In this document: piece after piece, positions 1 through 12,130 of the stretch
Numbering within the stretch: the first letter of the stretch is position 1
How the letters are laid out: every line of letters begins with the position of its first letter
Assembly: GCF_001194135.2 (NCBI RefSeq)
Contig: NC_068997.1
Location: 19,213,447-19,277,280 of the forward strand
Source of the DNA: Octopus bimaculoides
Taxonomy: Eukaryota
Length of the DNA: 63,834 bases
Direction of reading: 5' to 3'
The notes under the pieces: generated by a model
Database searches by the model: none
Seen by the model: only the letters and a program-made list of their open reading frames with translations
Told to the model about the DNA's origin: nothing
Translations under genes and position numbers: made by a program

Positions 1-50
1 ATGTGGTTATTTAACATAATGGATAATCCAGTGTTGCTTTTAATTAACAG

Positions 51-308
51 TTCCTCTATGGAGATTAACGGTAACAACAACAACAATACCAACAATGGCA
101 GCAACAATAACAACACCAACAGTAGCAATAACAACAACAATAACAACAACAGTTCTGAAAAAACCGAAAGTAAGAGCCCACCACACAACACTGAGTCTAA
201 AGTGCAGAATCTGTTTCGACTGTTAGTGCCACTGATGAAAAGTGATCACTCGGACATGAGGGACATTGTGGTCAGTGCACTGGGACACACTAACCCAGCA
301 GTTTTTAA
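51..308 (+). CDS. fry: fry exon 1 in window (poly-Asn tract ... DMRDIVVSALGHTNPAVF)
   Basis: Acceptor aacag at 46-50 and donor GTAAGA at 309. The ATG at position 1 is intronic. Confidence 0.9.
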
Positions 309-342
309 GTAAGAATTCATTATCATTAATATCATTATTATT

Positions 343-558
343 AAGGCAGCAAGCTGGCAGAATCATTAGCACACTGGGCAAAATGCTTAGCAACATTTAG
401 CCCGTCTTTGCATTCTGAGTTCAAATTCCACCAAGGTCAATGTTGCCTTTTATCCTTTCGGAGTCAAGAAATTAAGTACCAGTGAAACACTGGGGTCGAT
501 GTAATTGACAAGTCCCCTCCCACCAAAATTCAGGTCTTGTGCCTGTAATAGGAAGAAT
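343..558 (+). mobile_element. SINE family A (about 215 bp; AAGGCGGCGAGCTGGCAGAATCGTTAGC...GAGTTCAAATTCC...GGCCTTGTGCC, (ATT)n tail)
   Basis: Recurs roughly 20 or more times on both strands, e.g. ~19445, 27330, 31640(-), 33520(-), 36250(-), 36500(-), 37695, 38960, 41300, 50150, 50575, 54035, 55460, 55810, 57100, 59455, 59690, 63013, 63360. Has Pol III A/B-box-like motifs. Boundaries approximate. Confidence 0.85.
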
Positions 559-1368
559 TATTATTATTATTATCATTATTATTATTATTATTATTATGAT
601 CATCATGTGAGAGCACATGGCCTAGTGGTTAGGGGGGTTGCACTCATGATCTAGCGATCGTGATTTCAATTCTTAGACCAGATGGTGTGTTGTATTCTTG
701 AGCAAAATATTTCATCTCATGCTGCTCTGCGATCACTTTGACACCTGACATGTGATGCACAGTGCACCTGTTCAGACAATGTCAATTTGATGGAGGAAGT
801 GAACTAATATGCAGCACGAAAATTTAATCACTATAAACAAATCATTTGTGCAGATCGTTCAGCAAAAGCTGGATGCTCATATGTTGTCTTCTACTGGGGA
901 AGTCCATTATCATTATCATTATCATTATTGATCACCATCATCTCCATCATCATCATTTAATGTCTGTTGTCCATTTTGTCATTCGTTAGATGGTTTGACA
1001 GAATCCAGTGAGCCAAAAGGCTGCATCATGCATCATATATATATGATTTGGTATGGCTGTTTGGATGCTGACAATTTGGCATAGCTGACGGGTCATTCAA
1101 CCAGTTTTAATGACAGTACATTTTGGTACTGGAGACAAAAACATACACACACAATTATGTGTGCAAAAATATATACATACAGATAGAGAGAGAGAGAGAG
1201 AGAGATTACACATACCTTCAAACATAACTATATACTTACAAAAACAGAGACTGAGGGAGGAAGAGAATGAGGTAAACATTAAAATGTCAAATGTCAAATC
1301 AGCCAGTGTTGAATCTGTAATGCCAAATAGGTAGCGTCAAAACAGCTGTGCCAAAACATCTCATATTC

Positions 1369-1404
<36 letters not shown>

Positions 1405-1462
1405 NNNNNNNNNNNNNNNNNNNNNNNNNNNNNNNNNNNNNNNNNNNNNNNNNNNNNNNNNN

Positions 1463-1608
1463 CTTATGGAGGAGCTGCAGCCATTTATCAAAGAGTCCAA
1501 TGACAAAAAAGCTGACAAAGTGAAACAAAAGAGGAAGCGAGACCTTCTCCGTTCCCAATTGGCTCGAATCTTTGAACTGCTAGCAACAAACAAAGCTTTT
1601 TCAAAACC
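1463..1608 (+). CDS. fry: fry exon 2 (LMEELQPFIKE...RDLLRSQLARIFELLATNKAFSK); 5' end hidden in N-gap
   Basis: Open frame matching Furry, donor GTAAAT at 1609; the acceptor lies within the Ns. Confidence 0.92.
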
Positions 1609-1684
1609 GTAAATACAATTTTATTTGTTTGTTTTTATTTTACTATATTTCTTAGCTGTTATCTTAACTATTTTATTATCATAT

Positions 1685-2140
1685 TTCTTTTACTTTTGCT
1701 TCAACTAATTTTGAAAATAATGAAGAATTTTGTAAAATAACTTATTAAGTTTGTGTTTGGAATGTAACATGAAATTTTGAAAGAAGGTTTTAATTTAGAT
1801 CACTTTAGACATTTTGTTACCATTTCTCTTGAAATACATTACTTTTTGCTTTAACTAATTTTGAAAAATAATGTAGAATTTAGTAAAATGAATTTCTTAT
1901 TATTAAGCTGGTGTTTGGAATGTAACTTGAAATTTTGAAAGAAGGTTTTAATTTAGATCACTTTAGACATTTTGTTACCATTTCTCTTGAAATACATTAA
2001 TTTTTGCTTCAATTAATTTTGGAAATTTATGAAGAATTTAATGCTATATCTTACTTATGATTAAGCTGGTGTTTGGTGTTTTGAACATTAACTTGAAAGT
2101 AACATGAAATTTTAATGAAAGGTTTTAATTTAGATCACTC
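1685..2140 (-). repeat. About 155-bp tandem triplication of a reverse MITE-E fragment
   Basis: GAAGGTTTTAATTTAGATCACT-like motif recurs at ~1783, ~1942 and ~2118. Confidence 0.8.
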
Positions 2141-2143
2141 TAA

Positions 2144-2363
2144 TCCTTTTGATACCAACCCACCAGAGACTGTTCCTGGTTCTATGATACAAGATTCTTG
2201 TTTTAATGTGATTTAAATTAAAACTTACTATTAAAATTTCATGTTAATCTATTATTCCAAACACCAACTTGATAATGTTTGAGTTATCTTACTTAACTAC
2301 TATTAAAGCTATTTGTAAAAGAAAAAAAAACTGAATTTCAACAGAAATTTAGTAATAAAAGGG
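2144..2363 (+). mobile_element. TTAA-flanked MITE family E ((C)CCTTTT...AAAAGGG)
   Basis: Short TIR CCTTTTG(A/T)TAC vs GTAATAAAAGGG, flanked by CTAA/TTAA; second copy at 17428-17656. Confidence 0.7.
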
Positions 2364-2951
2364 TTAAAACATGAAGTTTGTATCATAGAACCAAGGGTGG
2401 TCTCTGACAGGTTGGTGTCAAAATGGTTAATTATTCTGGAATATAATCTCTTTGAAATGTTTTCAAACTGTGTATATTGAGATTGCATTGTGGTAGTTGT
2501 AGCAGTAGTTGTGTCATTGAGGAACTCTGTTCAGACATATGGACAGGGTATTCTAGCTATGACCATCACATCATATATTTTCAGACAATGTATTTAGGAA
2601 TACATTCACCAGTGTGTGGTTCCTTTACTGAAGATAGTAAAGTATGTGGTTCCTTTATTGAAGATAGTAAAGTGTGTGGATTAAGAGATATATGGCTGCT
2701 ATCACTGGCAACTGCTTGTGTGTGTGTAGTGTGATTGTCTTGTGAGTTACCTGGTAACCTCACTGGTGCCAGTGCCATGTAAAAAACACCTGGTTCACTG
2801 TAAAGTGGTCGGCATTCTACAGCTGGAAAGTATGCCAAAACATTCCACCACTATAAAAGACGCCAAATCAGACTTTGGAGTTTGGCGCAGTCCTCAGGCT
2901 CACTGCTTGTTGAGCTATCCATCCTATACCAGCATAGAAAACAGACATTAA

Positions 2952-2983
<32 letters not shown>

Positions 2984-2984
2984 T

Positions 2985-3350
2985 ACAAGTGCACTCAGAG
3001 AGTGCAAATCTCTGTCAAGGCAACCCCAACATCCTCTCAATGATTAACCAGAGATGATTTTTAAAATGAGAATATCTGAAATAAACTTGACTGCTCTCAC
3101 AAACGAGAATACTAAAAATGAACTCAACTGCTCTCAAAAATTAAGTAAAAAAAAACAGGAAAAATAATCCAGAATTCTTGTCCGTTACTGGATTGATCCC
3201 AAAATCGAATCCGTTCATGCCAGTCATGAGGCCAAGCATCCCTGAAAGTTTCATCCGAATCCATCCAGCTGTTCTTGAGATTTCTTGTTCACAGACAAAC
3301 AAACATGACTGAAAACAATATCTCCGCCTTCGCTAAGGCGGAAGTAATAA
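2985..3350 (+). mobile_element. Non-autonomous element ending in a perfect 8-bp hairpin (Helentron/HINE-like?)
   Basis: Starts ACAAGTGCACTCAGAGAG; ends TCCGCCTT-CGCT-AAGGCGGA-AGTAATAA; embedded in microsatellites. Confidence 0.4.
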
Positions 3351-3905
3351 CAATGATAATGATGACGATGATGATGATGATATGGATGACTGGATGGATA
3401 GATAAATTGATAGATATTCCAGCTATAACAAATCTCACTATCTGGCAGTATCTTGGATAGTAATAACAAATCTCTTTAGCCCAGTGTGTTGAAATTTCAA
3501 TTTCTTTAATAACCCTCTTATCAGAGTATCACTTACACAAACATGTGTATTTTTAGTTTTAGCTAAATGACCATAGATAAGATTTTTATAACATGACTGA
3601 CACAGCAGGAGAATTTTTTTTCTCTAATTCCCAACACGTCACCTTAAAACCCTGCAGTGTGTCACTTTTGGCACTCGTGCCATAAGTTCACCTTGATAGA
3701 TCTAAGACTATTCTATTAATATGTCCTTTTCTTATTTAAGACAATACATTGTAGTTTAAAGTGGATTTGCTTGCTGGTTTAAACAGGTCAAACAACTATG
3801 TTTAGAGACTTTTGTAAAAATAGTTATTTGCATTAATGACTTGTTGGCAGCTATGGAATTCTCAACCATACAAACATAGAAAAACAGACAAAAAAATGAT
3901 GATAT

Positions 3906-3938
<33 letters not shown>

Positions 3939-4199
3939 TTTTAATGTCCATTTTTCATGCTGGCATTGGTTGGACAGTTTGAATAGGAGCTGGCCAGCCG
4001 AAAAGCTTTCCAGACTTCAATTGTATGTTTTGGCATGGATTCTACAGCTGTATGCCCTTCCTAACACCAGCCACTTTACAGAGTGTACCAGGTGCTTTGA
4101 AGTGCTACCAGCATGGGTGCTTTTACATGATTATATAATACATATGATATTTAGGATTTCATGTTAAAGTCTGACTCATTCTGAAGAAAATTATTATTA

Positions 4200-4558
4200 T
4201 TCAAAATCAAAATCAAATTCGATGACTGGCTTCCATGCTAGTGGAGCACTAAGAGCACCATCCCAGCATGATCATTGCCAGAGCAGCTGACTGACTTCCG
4301 TGCCAGTGGCACATAAAAGCACCATTTAAGCATGATCGTTACCAGCGTCACCTTACTGAGACTTGTGCCAGTAGCGCATGAAAAAATATTCGAGTTAGGA
4401 CGTTGCCAGTGCCGCTGGACTGGCTCCTGTGCAGGCGGCACATAAAAAACACCATTTTGAGCATGGCCGTTGCTAGTACTGCCAGACTGGCCCTCGTGCT
4501 GGTGGCACGTAAAAGCACCCACTATGCTCTCAGAGTGGTTGGCTTTAGGAAGGGCATC
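4200..4558 (+). mobile_element. Repeat family D (shares the RTE 3'UTR/tail)
   Basis: Same CGTGCCACC/GCCAGT sub-repeats and GGCGTTAGGAAGGGCATCCAGC segment as 44042-44448. Further copies at 21405-21650(-), 26132-26465(-), ~14845-15000, ~29570-29755(-), ~33230-33390, ~7050-7320, ~19200-19400, ~60785-60960(-). Confidence 0.8.
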
Positions 4559-4935
4559 NNNNNNNNNNNNNNNNNNNNNNNNNNNNNNNNNNNNNNNNNN
4601 NNNNNNNNNNNNNNNNNNNNNNNNNNNNNNNNNNNNNNNNNNNNNNNNNNNNNNNNNNNNNNNNNNNNNNNNNNNNNNNNNNNNNNNNNNNNNNNNNNNN
4701 NNNNNNNNNNNNNNNNNNNNNNNNNNNNNNNNNNNNNNNNNNNNNNNATTATTATTATTATATGAAGAGCACAATGCAATTGCAATAGATATTTTATTGG
4801 TTGAACGATATTTCGACAGCAAACCTGTCTTTGTCAAGTTCAAAATAAAAAGTGATAAAAATTTTAAATTATACTTTAGATTTAAATTTCTATCATTTTG
4901 AATTTTCATCACTTTGTGAAGAGTTCCTTTTAAAA

Positions 4936-4968
<33 letters not shown>

Positions 4969-5064
4969 CAGCAGCAACAGCAGCAGCAGTAGTAGTAGGA
5001 GTAGATCCAGTCTTTTATTCTAGTATTGTTTATTTAATTCTTATGGTTTTGGTTTAAATTGTAG

Positions 5065-5237
5065 AACTCCCGGTGGCATTGATACTGACAACAACAGTCT
5101 GAGTTCAACATTCTTGGACTATATTGAAGGCACCCGACTCTATCTTGAAGGGGAAAATGAGAAAGATTTGCCGAATCTTAAAGAAATTCGCTTACATTTC
5201 AGTGGATTCATACAGCAGTTGATATGGAACACACCTT
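5065..5237 (+). CDS. fry: fry exon 3 (TPGGIDTDNNSLSSTFLDYIEGTRLYLEGENEKDLPNLKEIRLHFSGFIQQLIWNTP)
   Basis: gtag acceptor, GTAAGT donor, phase 2 to 1. Confidence 0.92.
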
Positions 5238-6153
5238 GTAAGTTTTGTTCAATATCTTTTATTTGATGAACTATGACTTCTAAAGATATTACTAATGACC
5301 AAATTGATTATGTTAATGATATTTCCTGTGACAGATACAGATTTCTGTGATAAGATTTGAGGTAACAGCTTGAGGAAACCTAACTGGAATTCATAATAGA
5401 TTCTATCTGAAGCCATATTTAACTGGTAAGAGCTAAATTTAACTGGTGAAGATGATGATTGATCCAAGGACAGAATGGACTAGGGAAAGAATGAGAGAGA
5501 AGATACAGCCCTGGCAATGATCACACTATGTTTGAACTGGTTTCAGTACAGACTTATAGGGTAGGTGATAAATGATGACATGCAAAAGATCAACACTTCA
5601 CCAATGTGTTCCCAAAGAAAATCTGCCACGTCCTCTGACCTAAAAAAGTGTCAAATAATGAACTATATAGTAAAACTGTCTGCAGTAATGTAGTCCTTGA
5701 AATAAGATGCTAGTGGTTTAGGATACCCCAGGGTAGCATTAAGATGGACAATTCTTCAAAAACAAAAGCTTCAATGGTCAAAGACTCAAAGAAGTTTTGT
5801 TGTAAAACAGTTGAAGATAAGAGAAATGAATTTACATAGAGAATTGCTAAAGGCCTGTCTAAATGGTTTTGAATCATTGAAGCCTTATTTCTCTGTTGGA
5901 GAAAAAAAGGATTAAATAAAATAAATACATATTCATACTGTTTTAATAACTATATATAGCTATATATATCTTCTGGATAAGCAGATACAAACCTGTATAT
6001 GCTGTAATGATTGTTATCTGTAAATTTTCATAAGCATTATCAAGATCTTTGGTATATTACTGATTTATATTTTAAGCACTCTGTAGTATATTAATTATTT
6101 AGATTTAAAAAGAACTTATTGATTGCTCCATGATTTTTCACTTCTTTTGTTCA

Positions 6154-6259
<106 letters not shown>

Positions 6260-6337
6260 CATTTTATCTTTCATTTATTAAATTATTTCTCTCTTTCATG
6301 CATTTAATTCTTTTTATATATATGTTTCTTTTTCTAG

Positions 6338-6446
6338 TAAACTCCCGTGAAAAACTTCTCTCAAAGACTGTGAAAGAAAGTTTGTTTAATTTATTAGGCA
6401 ACTGGGCTGGACAATTAAACCCAAACAATTCCACATCAGAAACCAA
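6338..6446 (+). CDS. fry: fry exon 4 (NSREKLLSKTVKESLFNLLGNWAGQLNPNNSTSET)
   Basis: tttctag acceptor, GTGAGT donor, phase 1 to 2. Confidence 0.9.
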
Positions 6447-6725
6447 GTGAGTTTCATAACTTTCTGATTTTTTTTTATCCTTTTGTTACCATATTTCTGT
6501 TGAAGTACTCTGCTTTAGTTTTGTCATAGGTGTAGGCGTGGCTGTGTGGTAAGAAGCTTGCTTCCCAATCACATGGTTCTGTTAAGTGGTACATTCCTAC
6601 ATATGGGGAGAAAGGCGTGGGATAGATATATAAAATGAGCAGTTTAATAAAGTCAAAAAATAAAGTGAAAAATACTTAGAAATACTGGTATTTTTATTTT
6701 ATTTATTTTTTTCCTCTCACTGTAG

Positions 6726-6885
6726 ATCCTCAAAGAAAGATCCTCTAACAGATCTTGAGATAGCTGCTGTTGGTGCCATGTGTGCAATCCTCTGCTGTGG
6801 TCCAGTTTTTGATGTGTCTGGTCTCAATGAAGAGGGTTATATTTATAATTTGCTAAACACATTTCTCACCTGTAAAAATGACCAG
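6726..6885 (+). CDS. fry: fry exon 5 (SSKKDPLTDLEIAAVGAMCAILCCGPVFDVSGLNEEGYIYNLLNTFLTCKNDQ)
   Basis: tgtag acceptor, GTAAAA donor, CCGPVFD motif. Confidence 0.94.
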
Positions 6886-7704
6886 GTAAAATCAAATTTT
6901 TTAAATATCCTTAATGTCATTCTTATTATCTTTAAATCTCTGTTATGATTATCTTTTTTAATCATTATATAAATTACTCCTTTTCTTTATATCCCACTTT
7001 AATCTCTATCATCAACAATGACAAGAACAACGATAAAATTTGAGAGAAAATCCCCAAGGATCCCCACTGCACAGACCATGCTTCCACTCCCTCTTCCAAC
7101 TGAGAGGTTTTTGTCTTGTGGGCGCCAGTGCCATGTAAAGAACACTGTGCTGGTGCCACATAAAAATCACTGGTGATGATGCCACATTAAAAGCACTGGT
7201 AATGGTGTCACATAAAAAGCACCCAGTACACTCTGTAAAGCGGTTGGTGTTAGGAAGGGCATCCAGCTGTAGAAACCATGTCAAAATGGACTACAGAACC
7301 CTATGCAGCCCTTGGCCTTGCCAGCTCTTGTCCTTGTACCTAAATTAGAAATTATCATTATGATTATTATTATTGTTTTACTTCTCAGAATGTTTTGTGA
7401 GAGCAGACAACAGTCTGCTGCCATAGGTCTCACAGGGTCTCTTTCTGCGCTTTATAAGCTTTGATACTTGGTTGTTAATTATGGTGGGAGACATTCAACA
7501 TCCAAGTATCAATCTCAAAATCTTAGCTGTCCCCAGCAGAGCACTTTTTTTGGAACTTGCTCTGCTCTCATGTCAATTCCAATTTCTGACATATTTCTTG
7601 AATTTGGTTGTCAGTGCTCCATTTCTCTGACATATTCCTCAAAATTATTTTTAATATTATTATTATTATTATTATTATCATTATTATTAACATTATTATT
7701 ACAG

Positions 7705-7859
7705 GTTTATAACATTGCCATAGAAACGGTGACTCTTTTGCTGGAGTTCAATTATGATGGACAGAATGTTTTAGACTGGGTGATCGATTGTTGCTACACT
7801 GGCATCACATCTGTTGCAGATGGCTGCCTCAGTGCACTGTTAGCTGTCTTTAAAACCAG
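7705..7859 (+). CDS. fry: fry exon 6 (VYNIAIETVTLLLEFNYDGQNVLDWVIDCCYTG...)
   Basis: acag acceptor, GTACCT donor, phase 0 to 2. Confidence 0.93.
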
Positions 7860-8004
7860 GTACCTATGTCTTCATCTTCCACTCAAACTATCAACCCATT
7901 TCTAATGTGCCATGAGAAAAGAAAAGAAAAAGAAAAATTGCTTTCTGATTAAAAAAAAATCAAATGAAAATATGTGTACTTGTTGCACCTTGGGCAAGTG
8001 TCTT

Positions 8005-8311
8005 CAGGGCCAAATTAAAACTCATGCAGGCCCTAAGCACTTGAAAGATTTTGGTGTAATTCAAANNNNNNNNNNTACTTCCACTTTATTTATATTTGAA
8101 AAATATAAATAAAGTGTAAAGTCTTTGATCAGACCCTCACTTTGACACCATGAAAACTTTGAAATTATATTTCCAACCATATAAATCACATTGAATATTA
8201 TTTCAGCAAGTTTAAAGTGATTTCTTTTGTACTGTAAACCATTTACAATTTCTGTGGTGCTGCCACTTCCTTGATGCCCTAACAAAGTGCTTAATAGTTA
8301 ATTCAGCACTG
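8005..8311. mobile_element. Possible hAT-like MITE nested in a family C SINE
   Basis: Imperfect 14-bp TIRs CAGGGCCAAATTAA / TTAATTCAGCACTG; SINE sequence resumes on both sides; no clear 8-bp TSD. Confidence 0.35.
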
Positions 8312-8560
8312 TCTAGGTCAACTAAAGCCTTGTGAGTGGATTTGGTAAATGAAAACTGAAAGGAACCTGCTGCACATGTGTGTGTCTATACACATACACA
8401 CACACTATGAACCCAGTACCTCATAGTTGTGAAGCAAGCATCTTAACCACACAGCTATGTCTGCACCTTATATATATGTGTGTGTGTATGAGGGCAGATT
8501 TGGCTGAAGCAATAATCAACAGCAATTTTCATCTATAAAATGTTCATTTATCTTTCACAG

Positions 8561-8844
8561 GGAATATCCATGTGATCATGTATCAATGCTAAATCTCGCA
8601 GTAATGCATGTAGGCTGTCCACGCATAAAAACACATGAGACTGCATTAGAACTTCTGCAATTGTTAGACACGCGCTTCTTCCAGGATGCGCCAGTCTTTG
8701 TCGAGAGTTCCGATGATGCCGTACAACAGCTGAAACCCCCACTCAATGATATTAAACTCGCTGTGTCTTATTCCCACTCTCAGTCAGTACTAACAGAACA
8801 ACTGTCAAAACTCCACCCAGATCTAACTATGCCGATGTTTTCGG
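8561..8844 (+). CDS. fry: fry exon 7 (EYPCDHVSMLNL...LHPDLTMPMFS)
   Basis: tttcacag acceptor, GTAAGT donor, phase 2 to 1. Confidence 0.94.
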
Positions 8845-9323
8845 GTAAGTAGGTTTATTTATTTTGTCAGGGGCAGGAATTTTGTGGAAATCTTCTATAA
8901 TTTTTTAACTCTTAACATTCAGGAGGGTCATGACTGGAAAGCCTTTCGTTGTACATTTCTGTTCAATCAGAAGTGATCTGAGGCTAAATAATTGTAACAG
9001 CTGTAACAAAACAGCATTTTAACTTCATCTTTGACTGTTTAGCATTTAAGCTGGCTATATCCAGCCCAGTTTTATGTTGAAACCAGCCAGATCTGACTTC
9101 TCACACCTATCCTACAATGTCATTCTGAAAATAAACAATCACATCATCAAAATCTCAAAGTTACAAGATGCATGATTAATCGATTAATTCAAAACAAATT
9201 GAATGAATAAGCAGGATATTTGAAAGAGTAATCTGAATGCTAAAGCTTTATTGACCATTATGTCCCTTCCATATAATTATTTTTTTCTATTTTTCAATTT
9301 TTTAAAACCATTTCTTCTTTTAG

Positions 9324-9580
9324 AGATTAGTCACCGGTTCCAAACAGCAAAACCTGCACTTCGTCAAGTTTTGCTGCAATGTCTGCTGCCCTGGCTGTAC
9401 AATATGGAGCTTATTGATTCCAGTGCACCAGCTGCTGCAGCATCCCCAACTTCTGCCATGAAGACTGCTCCGGATACCTTCAGTGTGACCACATCTAAGA
9501 CTCACTTGAAGGATGAAGGATGGGGGTCTGCGCAAGCAACAGAAATGGTTCTCAATAACCTCTTTTACATCACTGTCAAG
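9324..9580 (+). CDS. fry: fry exon 8 (ISHRFQTAK...[12 protein letters not shown]...[21 protein letters not shown])
   Basis: ttttag acceptor, GTAATG donor. Confidence 0.95.
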
Positions 9581-9636
9581 GTAATGATCTCTTCTTGTGT
9601 ATGCGTGTTTGTATTTGTATATGTCTCCCTGTCTGT

Positions 9637-10022
9637 GGAGGCGCAATGGCCCAGTGGTTAGGGCAGCGGACTCGCGGTCGTGGGATTGCGGTTTCGATTC
9701 CCAGACCGGGCGTTGTGAGTGTTTATTGAGCGAAAACACCTAAAGCTCCACGAGGCTCTGGCAGGGGGTGGTGGCGAACCCTGCTGTACTCTTTCACCAC
9801 AACTTTCTCTCACTCTTACTTCCTGTTTCTGTTGTACCTGTATTTCAAAGGGCTAGCCTTGTCACACTGTGTTACGCTGAATATCCCCGAGAACTACGTT
9901 AAGGGTACACGTGTCTGTGGAGTGCTCAGCCACTTGCACATTAATTTCACAAGCAGGCTGATCCGTTGATCGGATTAACTGGAACCCTTGTCGTCGTAAG
10001 CGATGGAGTGCCAACAACAACA
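9637..10022 (+). mobile_element. Full-length tRNA-derived SINE family B with 16-bp TSD
   Basis: tRNA-like head GGAGGCGCAATGGCCCAGTGGTTAGG...GGTTTCGATTCCC, (CAA)n tail, TSD ATGTCTCCCTGTCTGT at 9621-9636 and 10023-10038. A 5' fragment also lies at ~30436-30565. Confidence 0.9.
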
Positions 10023-10717
10023 ATGTCTCCCTGTCTGTATATTTATGTTCATTCGTCTCTTGTGAGTCTCTCTAGGTTGAGCCAACCACTAGTTCTTCGC
10101 ACCGAAACATCACTACAGACATGTTGTACTCTTTCATCCCAACTTTCTCTCGCTCTTTCTTCCTATTTCTTGAGTAACGCTGCAATGGACTGTTGTCCCG
10201 TCCAGCTGGGGTGGGGAGCACATATGCCATAGAAACTGGGAAACCGGGCTCATGAGCCTGGCTAGGCTTTAAAAGGGCACAAGAAATGACTGTGTAGTAA
10301 GAAGTTTGTTTCCCAACTATATGCATCTAGATGCAGACCCACAATATGGTGCCTTGGGCAAATGTCTTCTGCTATAAATTCAGGCTAACCAAAGCCTTGT
10401 GAATGGATTTGGTAAAGAGAAACTGAAAGAAGTCCATCGTGTATGTATCTGTGTGTATGTATGTCAGTATGTGTGAATGTGTATATTTTCTTGTTTTGAC
10501 ATTGTTTGATTGTCACTGATATACAAACAGTGGCATTCATTTCTAATATTCTGCAAGAACATGTCTGGGTATGGGGGAAATATTATCTTGCTTGGAAACA
10601 AGTAAAGGTTGGTGACAGGAAAGGCACCCAGGCACAGAAAATTTACTCCATCCAACCCATGCAAGCATAGAAAGGTGGATGTTACAATTATTTTATATCT
10701 ATCTATTTATCTATCTG

Positions 10718-10762
<45 letters not shown>

Positions 10763-10828
10763 AGACACACACACACACACATACACACAAATATACACAC
10801 ATAAAATCTTTTTTTTAATTTTTTTCAG

Positions 10829-10963
10829 TTTGGTGATGAACATCCTCATGAAATAGAAAACTTGTGGTCAGCATTAGTACAGTCTTGGCCCCACAATCTC
10901 AGGGTCACTATGAGATATCTAGCTGTCATGTCTAACCTTGCTCCTGTGACTCTTCTGCCTTAT
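10829..10963 (+). CDS. fry: fry exon 9 (FGDEHPHEIENLWSALVQSWPHNLRVTMRYL...LLPY)
   Basis: tttttcag acceptor, GTATGT donor, 135 nt, phase 0-0. Confidence 0.94.
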
Positions 10964-11339
10964 GTATGTATCACTCATCTGATCCTTTTATCATCCCCAT
11001 TTCAGTTTTTATTCTACATTTATCATTTCTCCCGTGTTCAGTATTTTCTTGTCAGTTACACTGGTCTAAAGCAATGGTTCTCAACTATTTTTTACCTAGG
11101 GACCCCTTTGATTTTTGTTTTATTCTGTTGGACCCTCATAGCCATGTTTAAAGAATCCTAATATATAGGGTGAAGCAGAGAGGATGGACGATTTTGAAAT
11201 GGCTATTATTATTATTATTATTATTATTAATAATAATAATAATAACAATAGATATATTTTTTCTCATTACTTGACTTTCGCTTGTTCATCTCTTTCTGTA
11301 TATGCCTACTTGAGATCGTTGGACTTCTGCTACACTGAG

Positions 11340-11398
<59 letters not shown>

Positions 11399-11734
11399 GT
11401 TTACACTGAAAGCAGCCTTCAACTTTTACTATCGAAAGGTTTTTTTGTTTTTTTTTACACAGTATTTGCCTGCTATTATTTATAATTTTCTTTATCTGCT
11501 TCGAGATCCACTGTTCCAAAAAAGAATTTGTGTGTGTGTAAAACAACATTTTTTACCCTTTGCTTTTGAGTGGTGTTGAATACATTTTTATTTTCATTTT
11601 CATCCCCAATTAATTTAAAAGTATATATATGCTTTGTTCTTTCCTAGATTTTCTGTCACCAACTTTGCAAAAAGATAAAAAATAATTTTTGAAGTGTAAT
11701 TGAATATATGCGATTTCTGTCTTTGAAATTGTAG

Positions 11735-11809
11735 GCAAAACGTGTGATGAGCTACATGGCTAGGGCAATTCCAGAAGCAGTTATTGATGAACTTATGATA
11801 GAACTTCAG
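11735..11809 (+). CDS. fry: fry exon 10 (AKRVMSYMARAIPEAVIDELMIELQ)
   Basis: gtag acceptor, GTAAAT donor, 75 nt. Confidence 0.92.
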
Positions 11810-11994
11810 GTAAATAACCACACCTTTCTACTTTATCTGCCTAAGTCAGCAAGAAAACTTGCATGTGGTCACTTTTACTCAAATGAAATAGTTGCTAAAT
11901 CTCTCTCAAATGATACTTTATTCTCTTAACAAAAATAGGACACATTTGACAATGAAGACTGATATTTAAAAGAGAGGATAAACACTTAACCAGA

Positions 11995-12130
11995 GAGAGA
12001 TACCTCCATAATAACCTCAGAGAGGAGCACAGGAAATCTTTGTATCAAGGAAGCTATATTGATCCACTACCTCAACCCCAAAATCAACAGTTGATCAGAG
12101 ATGGGCCAGTGGCTCCTATGAATACATCAT
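11995..12130 (+). mobile_element. Possible Penelope-like GIY-YIG C-terminal relic
   Basis: DTSIITSERSTGNLCIKEAILIHYLNPKIN resembles the KEAxxI...PxxN end of GIY-YIG endonucleases. Confidence 0.35.

Noticed and set aside
1-50. ATG at position 1 as the start of a 103-aa protein
   Set aside because: It is intron sequence in frame with exon 1; the acceptor is at 49-50 and Furry continues upstream.
9637-9710. tRNA gene
   Set aside because: The tRNA-like head continues into a SINE body and tail with a TSD; it is not a standalone tRNA.
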